Positions 27,892 through 36,568 of a stretch of 64,000 bases of DNA are shown one piece after another. The notes under the pieces were generated by a model. That model had not been told where the DNA came from, made no database searches, and saw only the letters and a list, made by a program, of their open reading frames with translations. Source of the stretch: Candidatus Nanopelagicales bacterium (GTDB taxonomy: Bacteria; Actinomycetota; Actinomycetes; S36-B12); NCBI GenBank assembly GCA_021741645.1, contig JAIOXK010000003.1, forward strand, positions 3,504 to 67,503, written 5' to 3'. The first letter of the stretch is position 1; every line of letters begins with the position of its first letter. The position numbers and the translations under genes are program-made.

Positions 27892-28590
27892 ATGGCTGCG
27901 CGACCGCGGATTGCGATTCTTGGACGCTTCACCGAGTCCGCGAGTGCGCTGCGCTACCGGGGTGTGATCTCGGCTCGAGCGCTTCTCGACGCCGTATGGG
28001 CGGCCGGAGGTGATCCTGTGACGCTGCTTCCCGGCGACGACCCCGAGGCGCTTGACTGGAGCGCACGACTGGCCGGTTTCGGTGCGGTTCTCCTGGCCGG
28101 CGGAGGTGACATCGATCCTCGACACTATGGGGGTGACCACCAGCACCACTCCGTGTACGACGTGGATCAGGTGCAGGACACGGCTGATCTGTCCCTAGCC
28201 TCTTACTGCCTGACATGGGGCATGCCGACGCTTGCGGTATGCCGTGGGATGCACATCGTGAACGTTGTGCGCGGCGGATCTCTTATCGTGGACATGCCGA
28301 AGAATCATCGGAACGTCGTTCAGGAAATCCGACTTGGCGAAGGCTCCGCACCCTTGGGAATCGGAGATGATCGCGTCACCATAAGTTGCTACCACCATCA
28401 GGCGATCGACCGACTGGGTGCTGGAATGAAGGTCGTTTCGCGATCCGATGACGGCACTGTCGAAGCGGTCGTCATTGACGCACCGGCGTGGGCAGTGGGC
28501 GTTCAGTGGCACCCTGAGGACACGTGGTCAACGGACCCAGCGCAGGTTCGATTGCTGAGAACTCTGGTGGAACACGCTCGCGGGCGTTGA
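27892..28590 (+). CDS. Gamma-glutamyl-gamma-aminobutyrate hydrolase family protein (PuuD-like, peptidase C26, class I GATase)
   Basis: Nucleophile elbow LAVCRGMHIVNVVRGG and GVQWHPE. Confidence 0.8.
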   Translation: MAARPRIAILGRFTESASALRYRGVISARALLDAVWAAGGDPVTLLPGDDPEALDWSARLAGFGAVLLAGGGDIDPRHYGGDHQHHSVYDVDQVQDTADLSLASYCLTWGMPTLAVCRGMHIVNVVRGGSLIVDMPKNHRNVVQEIRLGEGSAPLGIGDDRVTISCYHHQAIDRLGAGMKVVSRSDDGTVEAVVIDAPAWAVGVQWHPEDTWSTDPAQVRLLRTLVEHARGR

Positions 28591-28626
28591 ACGCTCGTCG
28601 GTCGGCAGTGGATGACCGGTGAAGGA

Positions 28627-29436
28627 CTAGAGGGGTCGAGAGGAGTCTGCCAGCAGAGTGCCGCCTGCAAAGGTGGTGCCAACCTCACAGTAGTAGCCGC
28701 CGATGACCTCGTCCACGGGAAGCAGGCGTGCGGGCTCGTCCCACGGTGAGTTGAAGAGGGAGAGCTCAGCATCGCCCTTCCACGGTTGTCCGAGGTCCAC
28801 GTCAATGCCGCCCATGGTCACGATCTGCTCCATCGACATGCCTGCGCCAGGGACCAGAGATGGCATGTAGCGGTGGTGGAGCATCTTGTGCGCATTGACA
28901 AAGCCGTTCGACTCGGCCGGCTCACGCAAGGTGACTCTTGCCTGCGCGATCCGGTGGTCGTAGGCGGCAAGTGAGGCACCGAAGGTGCCGCCTTCGCCGA
29001 TCCGAGGGGCGGCGATTCCGCGGTTGTACGGGCGGGTGACATAGATGCTGCCGAGCTTCTTGGGATAACCCTGGAACCAGCCGCGACCAATCGCAAAGTC
29101 CGTGGTCACCCAGATCAGGACGCAGCGGCTGTAGGTGACCCCTTGGTACTTTGTGCGGACCACGACGAATGCCTCGAGGTATTGCGAGCGGGCCGGGTCG
29201 AGGAGTTCCTCCCCACCAGTGCTGCAGGACTGCCAGTCGGCCCAGATAAAGGCGACTGCGCCCGGGTCCTCATCGGCCAGATCCAGGTCCGGAGGCAGGA
29301 TCGCGCGAACGTTCGCGGGATCCGTCCGGTACTCGACCGTCAGGAGGGTTCCGGAGTAGTGCCAGGGCATCTCCGGGATGAGGGCGGTGCGGCCGGAATC
29401 GGTGTAGGGCGGCAGAAATCCTCGGGAGTGGGTCAT
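28627..29436 (-). CDS. Acetoacetate decarboxylase-like superfamily protein
   Basis: 269-aa ORF with PPYTDSGRTALIPEMPWHYSGTLLTVEYRTDPANVRAILPP, typical of the ADC family N-terminus. Last gene of the meta-cleavage operon. Confidence 0.65.
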   Translation of the reverse strand: MTHSRGFLPPYTDSGRTALIPEMPWHYSGTLLTVEYRTDPANVRAILPPDLDLADEDPGAVAFIWADWQSCSTGGEELLDPARSQYLEAFVVVRTKYQGVTYSRCVLIWVTTDFAIGRGWFQGYPKKLGSIYVTRPYNRGIAAPRIGEGGTFGASLAAYDHRIAQARVTLREPAESNGFVNAHKMLHHRYMPSLVPGAGMSMEQIVTMGGIDVDLGQPWKGDAELSLFNSPWDEPARLLPVDEVIGGYYCEVGTTFAGGTLLADSSRPL

Positions 29437-30332
29437 GGGCGGTTGTTCACCTGATCCTTTGCCTCGGTGACCGTGGACGGATACAGGTCCTTGGACGGTG
29501 TGCGAATCCCGCGGAACTCCCAGTCGCCACCCATGGCAGTGGAGACGACCTCTTCACTCTCGGTGGGCTGGGCACCGCAGTCATCACGGATGGGGGCTGG
29601 GCCCTGAACAATCGTGTTGGAGAGGGTTCCGATCCCTTCGACCTCGACCTCGACGACATCGCCGGGGTAGACGGTCCGCGAGAAGGCGGGTGTTCCGGAG
29701 AACAGGACATCTCCGGGAACGAGGGTGATGGTTCGCGCGATGTCGGCGACGAGGTAGTTCATGTCCCACTCCATCTCGGCCGTGGTGGAGTCCTGCTTGA
29801 CGACTCCGTTGACGCGCGTCTGGATCCCCTTGTTGCGGAAGTCCCAGTCCGTGACGAGCCCGGGACCGATGGGGGCCAGAGTGTCGGAGCCCTTCACCCG
29901 GAGCATCGATCCGGCGTCGGTGTCGCGGAAGTCGTGCAGCCCGTAGTCGTTTCCGACCGTGTAGCCAGCGATGTAGTCCCCGGCCTCGTCAGGCGAGATA
30001 TTGCGGCAGGTCCGGCCGATGACGATGACGATCTCGCCCTCGTAGTTCAGCCACTTGCAGCGCTCGGGACGGACCACGTCCCCTCTGTGCGAGTTGAGTG
30101 CGGTGATCGGCTTGTGGAAGTAGGTGGGGGCGGCGGGGAGCTTCGTCATGAACTCCTCGGTGCGGGAGGCGTAGTTCAAGTGCACCGCAATGATCTTTGT
30201 CGGCTCCACTGGGGGCAGGTGGACGGCTTCTTCGACTCCGACGGTGCGCCCGTCTGGTGCTGCGAGCTCGTCACCGTGTCGGACGACCTGAACGGGAGCT
30301 CCCTCGAGGAGGATGCGCCGGTACTCCGTCAT
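29433..30332 (-). CDS. Fumarylacetoacetate hydrolase family protein (HpaG/OPET-decarboxylase-like)
   Basis: FAH-fold motifs (KIIAVHLNYASR, YEGEIVIVIG, GDVLFSGTP). ATGA overlaps on both sides. Confidence 0.8.
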   Translation of the reverse strand: MTEYRRILLEGAPVQVVRHGDELAAPDGRTVGVEEAVHLPPVEPTKIIAVHLNYASRTEEFMTKLPAAPTYFHKPITALNSHRGDVVRPERCKWLNYEGEIVIVIGRTCRNISPDEAGDYIAGYTVGNDYGLHDFRDTDAGSMLRVKGSDTLAPIGPGLVTDWDFRNKGIQTRVNGVVKQDSTTAEMEWDMNYLVADIARTITLVPGDVLFSGTPAFSRTVYPGDVVEVEVEGIGTLSNTIVQGPAPIRDDCGAQPTESEEVVSTAMGGDWEFRGIRTPSKDLYPSTVTEAKDQVNNRP

Positions 30333-31234
30333 GCCATAGCTCCCTTACCTGTCCATCCCGATTCCGGGCGGTCGAACCACACATGCACCTGACTTGTTCC
30401 AATTGAGTTCTCATAGTCGGAGATCTGGCGACCGGATGCCACAAAGTCACGCTCGCCCAGGGCGGCGGCCATCATCAGGTAGTGCGCGAACTTGGCCTCC
30501 GGCCGCACGGTGAGGAACTCGTCCATCGTGTCGAGCACCGTGTCGTGTCGCCCCTCGGACATCCATGCCAGACGCTCGTAGTCCATTTCGCGAGCCTTGT
30601 CACTGAAGAGGTACTTGGGGTCTGAGCGCTCCACCTCGGGGTTCGTGCGGATCTCGCGCAGGGGGTAGAAGGTGTGCGACATCGATCCGGTCGCGATGAC
30701 GATGACCTTGCGGTCGACGTCGGCGATGGCCTGCCCGATCGCACGTCCGACGCGCAGGTAGTCCTCGGTATCAGCTGTCTGGCAAACGCTCATCGACAGC
30801 CACTGCTTGTCGAGTCCTCTTCCGAGGTACGACCAGATGTTGATGCTGGGGTAGTACAGCGGGAGGTACTCATCGTCATTCGGGGTGATCCAGGTGCCCT
30901 GCTCGTCAGCATGGGAGGCGATCGCATGAGCGAACTCCGGGTCCCCGCGCCACTCGTAGGGGATTCGGCACATTCCCCGGGGGAGTTCCTCGGCCGTGAA
31001 GAGCCCGGCTCGTCTATTGTGCGCGGTGACGACGAACTCGACCGTGGTGAACCAGTGGGAGTCGAGGACGAGGACGGTGTCGTAATCCATGGCCTCGAAG
31101 ACGTCCTTGCGGAGCTTCTCGAGCGCTGGGACAAGGGATATCTCCTTGCCGTCGTTCAACTCCAGTCGAGTCTCACGCGGGAGCATGATCGTCGGAACGT
31201 GAGACAGCAACCCTGCGGCGACGAACTCACCCAT
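30329..31234 (-). CDS. Class III (LigB-type) extradiol dioxygenase, homoprotocatechuate 2,3-dioxygenase-like
   Basis: SHVPTIML, VLDSHWF and ATGSMSHTF parallel E. coli HpcB/HpaD motifs (THVPSMYL, DTHWL, ASGSLSHRF; recalled). Start ATG 31234 lies 2 nt after the ALDH stop. The first 73 codons of the track ORF overlap the ALDH gene and are rejected. Confidence 0.75.
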   Translation of the reverse strand: MGEFVAAGLLSHVPTIMLPRETRLELNDGKEISLVPALEKLRKDVFEAMDYDTVLVLDSHWFTTVEFVVTAHNRRAGLFTAEELPRGMCRIPYEWRGDPEFAHAIASHADEQGTWITPNDDEYLPLYYPSINIWSYLGRGLDKQWLSMSVCQTADTEDYLRVGRAIGQAIADVDRKVIVIATGSMSHTFYPLREIRTNPEVERSDPKYLFSDKAREMDYERLAWMSEGRHDTVLDTMDEFLTVRPEAKFAHYLMMAAALGERDFVASGRQISDYENSIGTSQVHVWFDRPESGWTGKGAMA

Positions 31235-31236
31235 GC

Positions 31237-32700
31237 CTAGCCCTTCCATCCGTTCGGTGCGTAGACCGTGTTCTTGACATCGGCGTAGAAGTCGAAGGAC
31301 CACAGGCCGCCCTCGCGCCCGATTCCTGACTTCTTCGATCCGCCGAAGGGTGCGGAGAGATCGCGGACGAAGAAGCAGTTCACCCAGATGGTCCCGGCGA
31401 CGAGGAACCGGCAGAAGTCCTCCGCCCTCATCCGGCTGCCGCTGACGACGCACGCCGCGAGGCCGAACTCGGTGCCGTTGGCAAGATCAAGGCCCTCCTC
31501 GTCGGTATCGAAGACCTGCATGGTGAGGACCGGCCCGAAGACCTCCTGGGTCAGGATCTCACTGCCCTGGGGAGCATCGACGATGAGCGTGGGTCTGAAG
31601 TAGTGCGATCCCAATTCGGTGTTGACTTCGCCGCCGTAGGCGAGGGTCGCGCCGTCGGAAACCGCGCGATCGACGAAGGCCTGCACCCGCTCGATGTGCG
31701 TAAGGTGGATGTTCGGCCCGATCTGAGTCTCCTCATTGCGCGGGTCGCCCTGCGTGATCTGGCCCGCGCGCTCACGGAATCGCTCGATGAAGGCGTCGGC
31801 GACACCACGTTGAACGAGCAGCCGGGTGCCCGCCAGGCACACCTGGCCCGCGTTGTCGTACTGCTCGATGGCTAGATCGACGGCAAGGTCCAGATCAGCA
31901 TCGTCCAGGATGACGGTGGGACTCTTGCCACCCAGCTCGAACGAGCACGGAGTCAGATTGTCAGCGGCCGCATGAGCGATGACCTTCGCGGTGGGCACTG
32001 ACCCGGTGAAGCAGATGCGCGAAACGTCGGGGTTGGAGGTCAGGGGTGCTCCGGCTTCCGCGCCGAACCCCTGCACGACGTTGAAGACGCCCGCGGGCAG
32101 GCCGGCCCTATGGGCCAGGTCAGCGAAGTAGGAAGCGGTGAGAGGTGCCCACTCCGGTGGCTTCAGGACGACTGTGTCGCCGGAGGCAAGAGCAGGTCCG
32201 ATCCGCCAGGTGGCGAGCATGAGGGGCGCGTTCCAGGGCGTGATGATGACGGCGACTCCGGAGGGATCCCACGACACGTGGTTGGTATGCCCACGAGTCT
32301 CGAACTCTGGGTGGCTGAGGCGATTCATCGCGTAGTCAGCGAAGAAGCGGATGTTCATTGCGACGCGAGGCATGACTCCTCGGCGATGGGATCGCAGGAG
32401 CGAGCCGTTGTCGAGCGTCTCGATCTGGGCTAGCTCTTCAACGTGCTCGTCGATCGAGTCGGCCAGACGGAGAAGGATCTCGCCGCGCTCGGCGGGCGAC
32501 ATGCGCGACCACGTGAGGAAAGCCTCCCTGGCGGCGGCCACGGCGGCATCCGCCTCGAGCTTCCCACCGCGCGAGATCTGACCGAGGACGGATCCGTCCA
32601 CCGGAGAGACGGTGTCGAAGGTGCTGTCGGACGCGACGCGTGTGCCACCGATCCAATGCCGGGTGTCGATGTCGACCCCGGCGATGGTGATCGAGGTCAT
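31237..32700 (-). CDS. Aldehyde dehydrogenase (5-carboxymethyl-2-hydroxymuconate semialdehyde dehydrogenase-like)
   Basis: ALDH catalytic motifs (ELGGKSP, FFVRDLSAPFGG region) and Cys region CLAGTR. First gene of the operon with the LigB dioxygenase. Confidence 0.8.
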   Translation of the reverse strand: MTSITIAGVDIDTRHWIGGTRVASDSTFDTVSPVDGSVLGQISRGGKLEADAAVAAAREAFLTWSRMSPAERGEILLRLADSIDEHVEELAQIETLDNGSLLRSHRRGVMPRVAMNIRFFADYAMNRLSHPEFETRGHTNHVSWDPSGVAVIITPWNAPLMLATWRIGPALASGDTVVLKPPEWAPLTASYFADLAHRAGLPAGVFNVVQGFGAEAGAPLTSNPDVSRICFTGSVPTAKVIAHAAADNLTPCSFELGGKSPTVILDDADLDLAVDLAIEQYDNAGQVCLAGTRLLVQRGVADAFIERFRERAGQITQGDPRNEETQIGPNIHLTHIERVQAFVDRAVSDGATLAYGGEVNTELGSHYFRPTLIVDAPQGSEILTQEVFGPVLTMQVFDTDEEGLDLANGTEFGLAACVVSGSRMRAEDFCRFLVAGTIWVNCFFVRDLSAPFGGSKKSGIGREGGLWSFDFYADVKNTVYAPNGWKG

Positions 32701-32740
32701 GGGTCTCCTCTGATGGGCCTACGGACGCCCTATCCTAGAT

Positions 32741-32756
32741 CGTTCGGACCCAAACG
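32741..32756. promoter_or_regulatory. Operator-like palindrome, copy 2 (CGTTCGGACCCAAACG)
   Basis: 41 nt upstream of the ALDH start codon (32700). Preceded by GAT, as in copies 3 and 4. Confidence 0.6.
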
Positions 32757-32786
32757 GAAAGTGCTTTGTCGGATCCGACGAAGAGG

Positions 32787-33284
32787 TCACTTCGTGTTGA
32801 CGGCCTTGACGAGCAGTCGCAGCGTCTCAGCCGTGTCCTCCTTGCTGCCGACTGGCAGCAGGCGACTTGAGTAGGTCTCCTGCTCATTGATTTGCGGGAA
32901 GAGGCTGGTGATCAAGCGGGTGCCTGACTTGGTGAGGGTCACCCTGACCAACCGGCCATCGTCCACACTCTTGGTGCGTCGAACGAGCTTCCGCTTCTCA
33001 AGAGTGGTGAGCACGCCGCTGAGAGTGGCCTTCGAGACGCCTGCCTCATCGGCGATGACTCGCGTTTCCGCACCATCCCAGATCCAGACGACCCAGAGGA
33101 CCACGAATGCCGTCCAGGTCAGATCCACCGGCGTGAGGACGTGACGCTCCATGTGGTTGCGGACGGCATTTGCGGCGCGAAAGAGGTTGGAGATCACGCG
33201 CATGGACTCGAAATCCATGGCCAGGCCGGCAATCTTTGATTCAGCGGCACGCTCTGTCTCCAGAAGGGTATGCGGTCCCGCCAC
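32787..33284 (-). CDS. MarR family transcriptional regulator
   Basis: wHTH core (LTWTAFVVLWVVWIWDGAETRVIADEAGVSKATLSGVLTTLEKRKLVRR). GTG 33284 follows GGGAGG. Confidence 0.8.
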   Translation of the reverse strand: MAGPHTLLETERAAESKIAGLAMDFESMRVISNLFRAANAVRNHMERHVLTPVDLTWTAFVVLWVVWIWDGAETRVIADEAGVSKATLSGVLTTLEKRKLVRRTKSVDDGRLVRVTLTKSGTRLITSLFPQINEQETYSSRLLPVGSKEDTAETLRLLVKAVNTK

Positions 33285-33383
33285 GCTGCCTCCCTTGTCC
33301 GGTCATCGAACCCTAGACGATGGGTGGCGGACCGGCCTGTCGGGTCCGTTCGTGGACCCGGGTCGATGCGCGAGGTGGTCGGC

Positions 33384-34376
33384 TCACAGGTCGATCGACA
33401 GGTGGCCGGACTTCCAGCGGGAGACGCAGATCATCATCGTCTCGTTGCTGGCGCGTTCCTCGTCATTCAGGATGGAATCGCGATGGTCGACCTCGCCGCT
33501 GAGAACGACGGTCTCGCAGGTGCCGCAGATGCCCTCGTGGCACGAGCCGAGCACGCTCACCCCGTTATCCTGTGCGGTGTCGAAGATGGACCTGTCTGCG
33601 GGCACGGTGATGGTGATCCCGGTGCGCGCGAGTTCGACCTCGAACTCGGAGTCGACAGCCCCGTCGATCACCTTGGGCGAGAACCGCTCGACATGGAGTG
33701 CACCTGCGGGCCAGGCGGCGCAGCGCGCTTCCACGGCGGTCAGGAGCCCCTCTGGGCCGCAGGCATAGACCAGAGTGTCGGGGCGTACGGTGCCCAGCCG
33801 CTCATCGAGGGCAGCGGACATGGCAGAGATGTCGTCGCCGGGCAGCAGGGTGATGCGGTCGCCGTAGGCCGTGAGCTCGTCAGTGAATCCCATCGACGAT
33901 GCGCTGCGACCGCCGTAGGCCAGTGTCCAGTCCGATCCCGCCTCGTTGGCCTCGGCGATCATGGGCAGGATCGGGGTGATCCCCACACCTCCGGCGATGA
34001 ATACGTAGCGCGGCGAGGGGACCAGCGGAAAGTGGTTTCGGGGTCCGCGAACATGCATCGTGCTCCCGCGCGACGCGTTCTCGTGGACGAAGCGTGACCC
34101 CCCTCGACCGTCAGGGGCGTTGAGCACTCCCACGCGGTAGGCGAAGCGGTCTGCTGGCGAACCGCAGAGTGAGTACTGGCGGGTGATCTCGGGAGTGAGG
34201 TCCATGTCGATGTGGGCACCGGGAGCCCACTCGGGCAGCGGCAGGCCGTCAGGATGGCGCAGGGTCAGGACCAGGAGGTCGTCGGCGACAACATCACGGG
34301 ACTCAACGATCGCATCGCACTCGAACTCCACCGCCGACTCGATCGCTGCAGTGTCGGTCGTTGCCGTGTGAGACAT
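33384..34376 (-). CDS. PDR/VanB-type oxidoreductase (FMN/NAD-binding plus C-terminal plant-type 2Fe-2S)
   Basis: YVFIAGGVGITPILPM and the C-terminal cluster motif CHEGICGTCETVV. Its start lies 3 nt downstream of the P450 gene stop. Confidence 0.85.
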   Translation of the reverse strand: MSHTATTDTAAIESAVEFECDAIVESRDVVADDLLVLTLRHPDGLPLPEWAPGAHIDMDLTPEITRQYSLCGSPADRFAYRVGVLNAPDGRGGSRFVHENASRGSTMHVRGPRNHFPLVPSPRYVFIAGGVGITPILPMIAEANEAGSDWTLAYGGRSASSMGFTDELTAYGDRITLLPGDDISAMSAALDERLGTVRPDTLVYACGPEGLLTAVEARCAAWPAGALHVERFSPKVIDGAVDSEFEVELARTGITITVPADRSIFDTAQDNGVSVLGSCHEGICGTCETVVLSGEVDHRDSILNDEERASNETMMICVSRWKSGHLSIDL

Positions 34377-34379
34377 GGG

Positions 34380-35639
34380 CTACTTGGCCTTGACCCGCAC
34401 GGGGAAGCGCTTGACCCCGTTGACGAAATTGCTGCGGACGCGCTCGATCTCGCCGGTCTGCTCGATGGAGGCGAGGCGGGGGAGCAGCTCCTCGAACAGG
34501 ATCCGAATCTCCAGTCGGGCGAGATTCGCGCCGAGGCAGGTGTGGACGCCCTTGCCGAAGGTCAGATGATCATTGGGGAAGCGAGAGAGATCCAGGTCGT
34601 AGGGGTTGCTGAATCTCTCAGGATCGCGGTTGCCTGCGGCGAACCACGTCACGATCTTGTCGCCCTTCTTGATGGTCTTCCCGTGGAGCTCGACGTCCTT
34701 CGTCGCCGTCCGTCGGAAGTGGTAGACGGGGGAGGCGTAGCGGAGCATCTCCTCCACCATGATCTGCGACTTGTCCATGTTGTCGAGGAAGTACTGCATC
34801 TGGTCGGGGTAGTCCATCAGGGCCTTCATGGACAGCGTCATGGCCTGGCGGGTTGTCTCGTTGCCCGCAACGATGAGCAGCAGGAAGTAGTTGTCGAAGT
34901 CGGTGTCGGTCAGGGGGATGCCGTCGTCGGGCATGCGATTGACCAACTTGCTGATTAGGTCTTCGCCTTCACCACCGCGTCGCTCCTGGGCGAGCTGACG
35001 TCCATACTCGAAGATCTCCATGGACACGGGATTACGGAACGGCAGGTGTGTCCACTTCTGCGCCTCGTCGCTGTCGACCAGCACCTTGGACAGCTCGGGG
35101 TCGGAGAAGCCGATGATGGTGTTGCCCCATTCGATGAGCTGGGGAGTCATCTCGTCGGGAACGTCGAGCAGACGGGCCAAGACGTTGATCGGGAAGTCCG
35201 CGGCGACGGCCTCGACGAAGTCGACGTCCTCTTGCTGCAGCGCCTGTTCGATGGACGTGCGCGCGAGACCTCGCAGGAAGTCCTCGTAGCGCCTGAGCTG
35301 GGCCACGCTGAAGTCGCGTGCGAGGAGCTTCCGCAGCGCAAGATGACGGGAACCGTCACTCTCCAGAATCGAGCGTCGCAGGTCCTGGAACTCCTCTGGC
35401 GGCTCCTCCAAGTTGACGAACTGCGTGGATGTGAACGTCTCGCCGTCCTTGTTGACCCTCTCGATGTCATCGAAGCGCGTCACCGACCAGAAGCCGCGCC
35501 CGTCACTGGTGAGCTCGTCCTGCCAGTGCAGGGGGTCCTCCGACCGGAGCGTCTCGAACATGCCCCACGCCTCGTCGTGCTCGAAGTAGTCGAGGTTCGT
35601 GAGATCGACGTCTGTGAGCGGAATGGGCGTTGGCTGCAT
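34380..35639 (-). CDS. Cytochrome P450 (no. 1)
   Basis: Heme-thiolate loop FGKGVHTCLGANLA, EMLR (ExxR) and AGNETT I-helix motif. GGAGA RBS. Confidence 0.9.
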   Translation of the reverse strand: MQPTPIPLTDVDLTNLDYFEHDEAWGMFETLRSEDPLHWQDELTSDGRGFWSVTRFDDIERVNKDGETFTSTQFVNLEEPPEEFQDLRRSILESDGSRHLALRKLLARDFSVAQLRRYEDFLRGLARTSIEQALQQEDVDFVEAVAADFPINVLARLLDVPDEMTPQLIEWGNTIIGFSDPELSKVLVDSDEAQKWTHLPFRNPVSMEIFEYGRQLAQERRGGEGEDLISKLVNRMPDDGIPLTDTDFDNYFLLLIVAGNETTRQAMTLSMKALMDYPDQMQYFLDNMDKSQIMVEEMLRYASPVYHFRRTATKDVELHGKTIKKGDKIVTWFAAGNRDPERFSNPYDLDLSRFPNDHLTFGKGVHTCLGANLARLEIRILFEELLPRLASIEQTGEIERVRSNFVNGVKRFPVRVKAK

Positions 35640-35664
35640 CGCGTCTCCAGGTGCTGTGGAAGAT

Positions 35665-35680
35665 CGTTAGGGTCCGAACG
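35665..35680. promoter_or_regulatory. Operator-like palindrome, copy 3 (CGTTAGGGTCCGAACG)
   Basis: 26 nt upstream of the P450 no. 1 start codon. Confidence 0.6.
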
Positions 35681-35708
35681 GTAGGCTAGGCAGTAGTCGC
35701 GTGGTTGG

Positions 35709-36443
35709 TCAAGGGGTGGACGCAAGCGTCCGGGCTCCGGGTGCGCCGGCGATACGGTCGATGAAGGCGTCGACGAGGCTCTGTGCACGAAGTGCGGCGT
35801 CCTCCCCCTCGGCAAGGGTGTGCTGGTAGAGGATGTCGGGATCTTGACCGTCGGCCTCCACCTGTGAGCGTCCTCCGTTGTTGAACCACCCCTGAAGTCC
35901 GGCCGCTGTGAGTTCTGGGTGAAATTGGACGGCGAGGTTTCTTCGGAGCGTGAACGCCTGTGAGGCGAGGGAGTCCCGAGCAATCTCATGGGCCCCCGGG
36001 GGTAGCTGCCATCGGTCGAAGTGCCACTGGAACCACGGTCCCGGGCCCACGAGATCGGGCTCCTGCGTCCAGATGGGGGTCCACCCGATCTGGGGGCGCG
36101 GAGACCGAGCCACGGAGCCTCCGTGCGCTCGGGCCAGCAGCTGGCCGCCGAAGCAGATGCCCAGGATGGGTACGTCGAGCTCATCGGCCCGGCGCAGCCA
36201 GTCCATCTCGGGCAGCAGCCAGTTGCCGATCGTCTCGTCGTCCCACGCGCCCCACGGGGCGCCCATCACGACCAGGGCGTCGAAGTCACGAGGATCGGGG
36301 AATTCGAAGGGGATGTTGGGATCGTGGAAGTGCTCGGGCGCTACGACGACCCGATCGACCACCTCGTACCCGCGGTGAGCGAACCTCTCGGCCACTGGGC
36401 CTGCCGGACTCAGATGGTCATGCTGGAGAAACAGCACTCGCAT
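35709..36443 (-). CDS. Class I glutamine amidotransferase-like protein (GMP-synthase-type GATase1, stand-alone)
   Basis: VPILGICFGGQLLARAHGG nucleophile elbow and QFHPE. Divergent from a GS-like gene. Confidence 0.8.
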   Translation of the reverse strand: MRVLFLQHDHLSPAGPVAERFAHRGYEVVDRVVVAPEHFHDPNIPFEFPDPRDFDALVVMGAPWGAWDDETIGNWLLPEMDWLRRADELDVPILGICFGGQLLARAHGGSVARSPRPQIGWTPIWTQEPDLVGPGPWFQWHFDRWQLPPGAHEIARDSLASQAFTLRRNLAVQFHPELTAAGLQGWFNNGGRSQVEADGQDPDILYQHTLAEGEDAALRAQSLVDAFIDRIAGAPGARTLASTP

Positions 36444-36513
36444 GGTCTACCCCCTGCCAGAATCGTCAGAAGTCCTTCCCCGTTCGCCGGGGTCGGTCTA
36501 GTATCCACAAGAT

Positions 36514-36529
36514 CGTTGGGGTCCGAACG
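36514..36529. promoter_or_regulatory. Operator-like palindrome, copy 4 (CGTTGGGGTCCGAACG; extended GATCGTT..AACGAATC)
   Basis: 40 nt upstream of the GS-like start (36569) and 71 nt upstream of the divergent GATase1 start. Confidence 0.6.
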
Positions 36530-36568
36530 AATCTTCTCGGATTCCGTCAGAACTCGTGAGGGAGACCC

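Noticed and set aside
30329-31453. Long N-terminal extensions in several track ORFs. Examples are 30329..31453, 44113..45588, 16287..17195, 18441..19727, 49911..50783, 56813..58069, 57744..59534, 61527..62624 and 2713..4332.
   Set aside because: The extensions are Arg/Pro-rich and overlap the upstream gene or lack an RBS. Internal starts with good Shine-Dalgarno sequences and family-typical N-termini were chosen instead.
33341-33360. Palindrome GGGTCC-GTTCGT-GGACCC between the PDR-reductase stop and the MarR start. It superficially resembles the operator core.
   Set aside because: The arm arrangement differs from the CGTTnGGGTCCGAACG boxes. It is more simply explained as the terminator hairpin of the P450-PDR operon. 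The nearby 33305..33321 ATCGAACCCTAGACGAT is only a weak operator variant.
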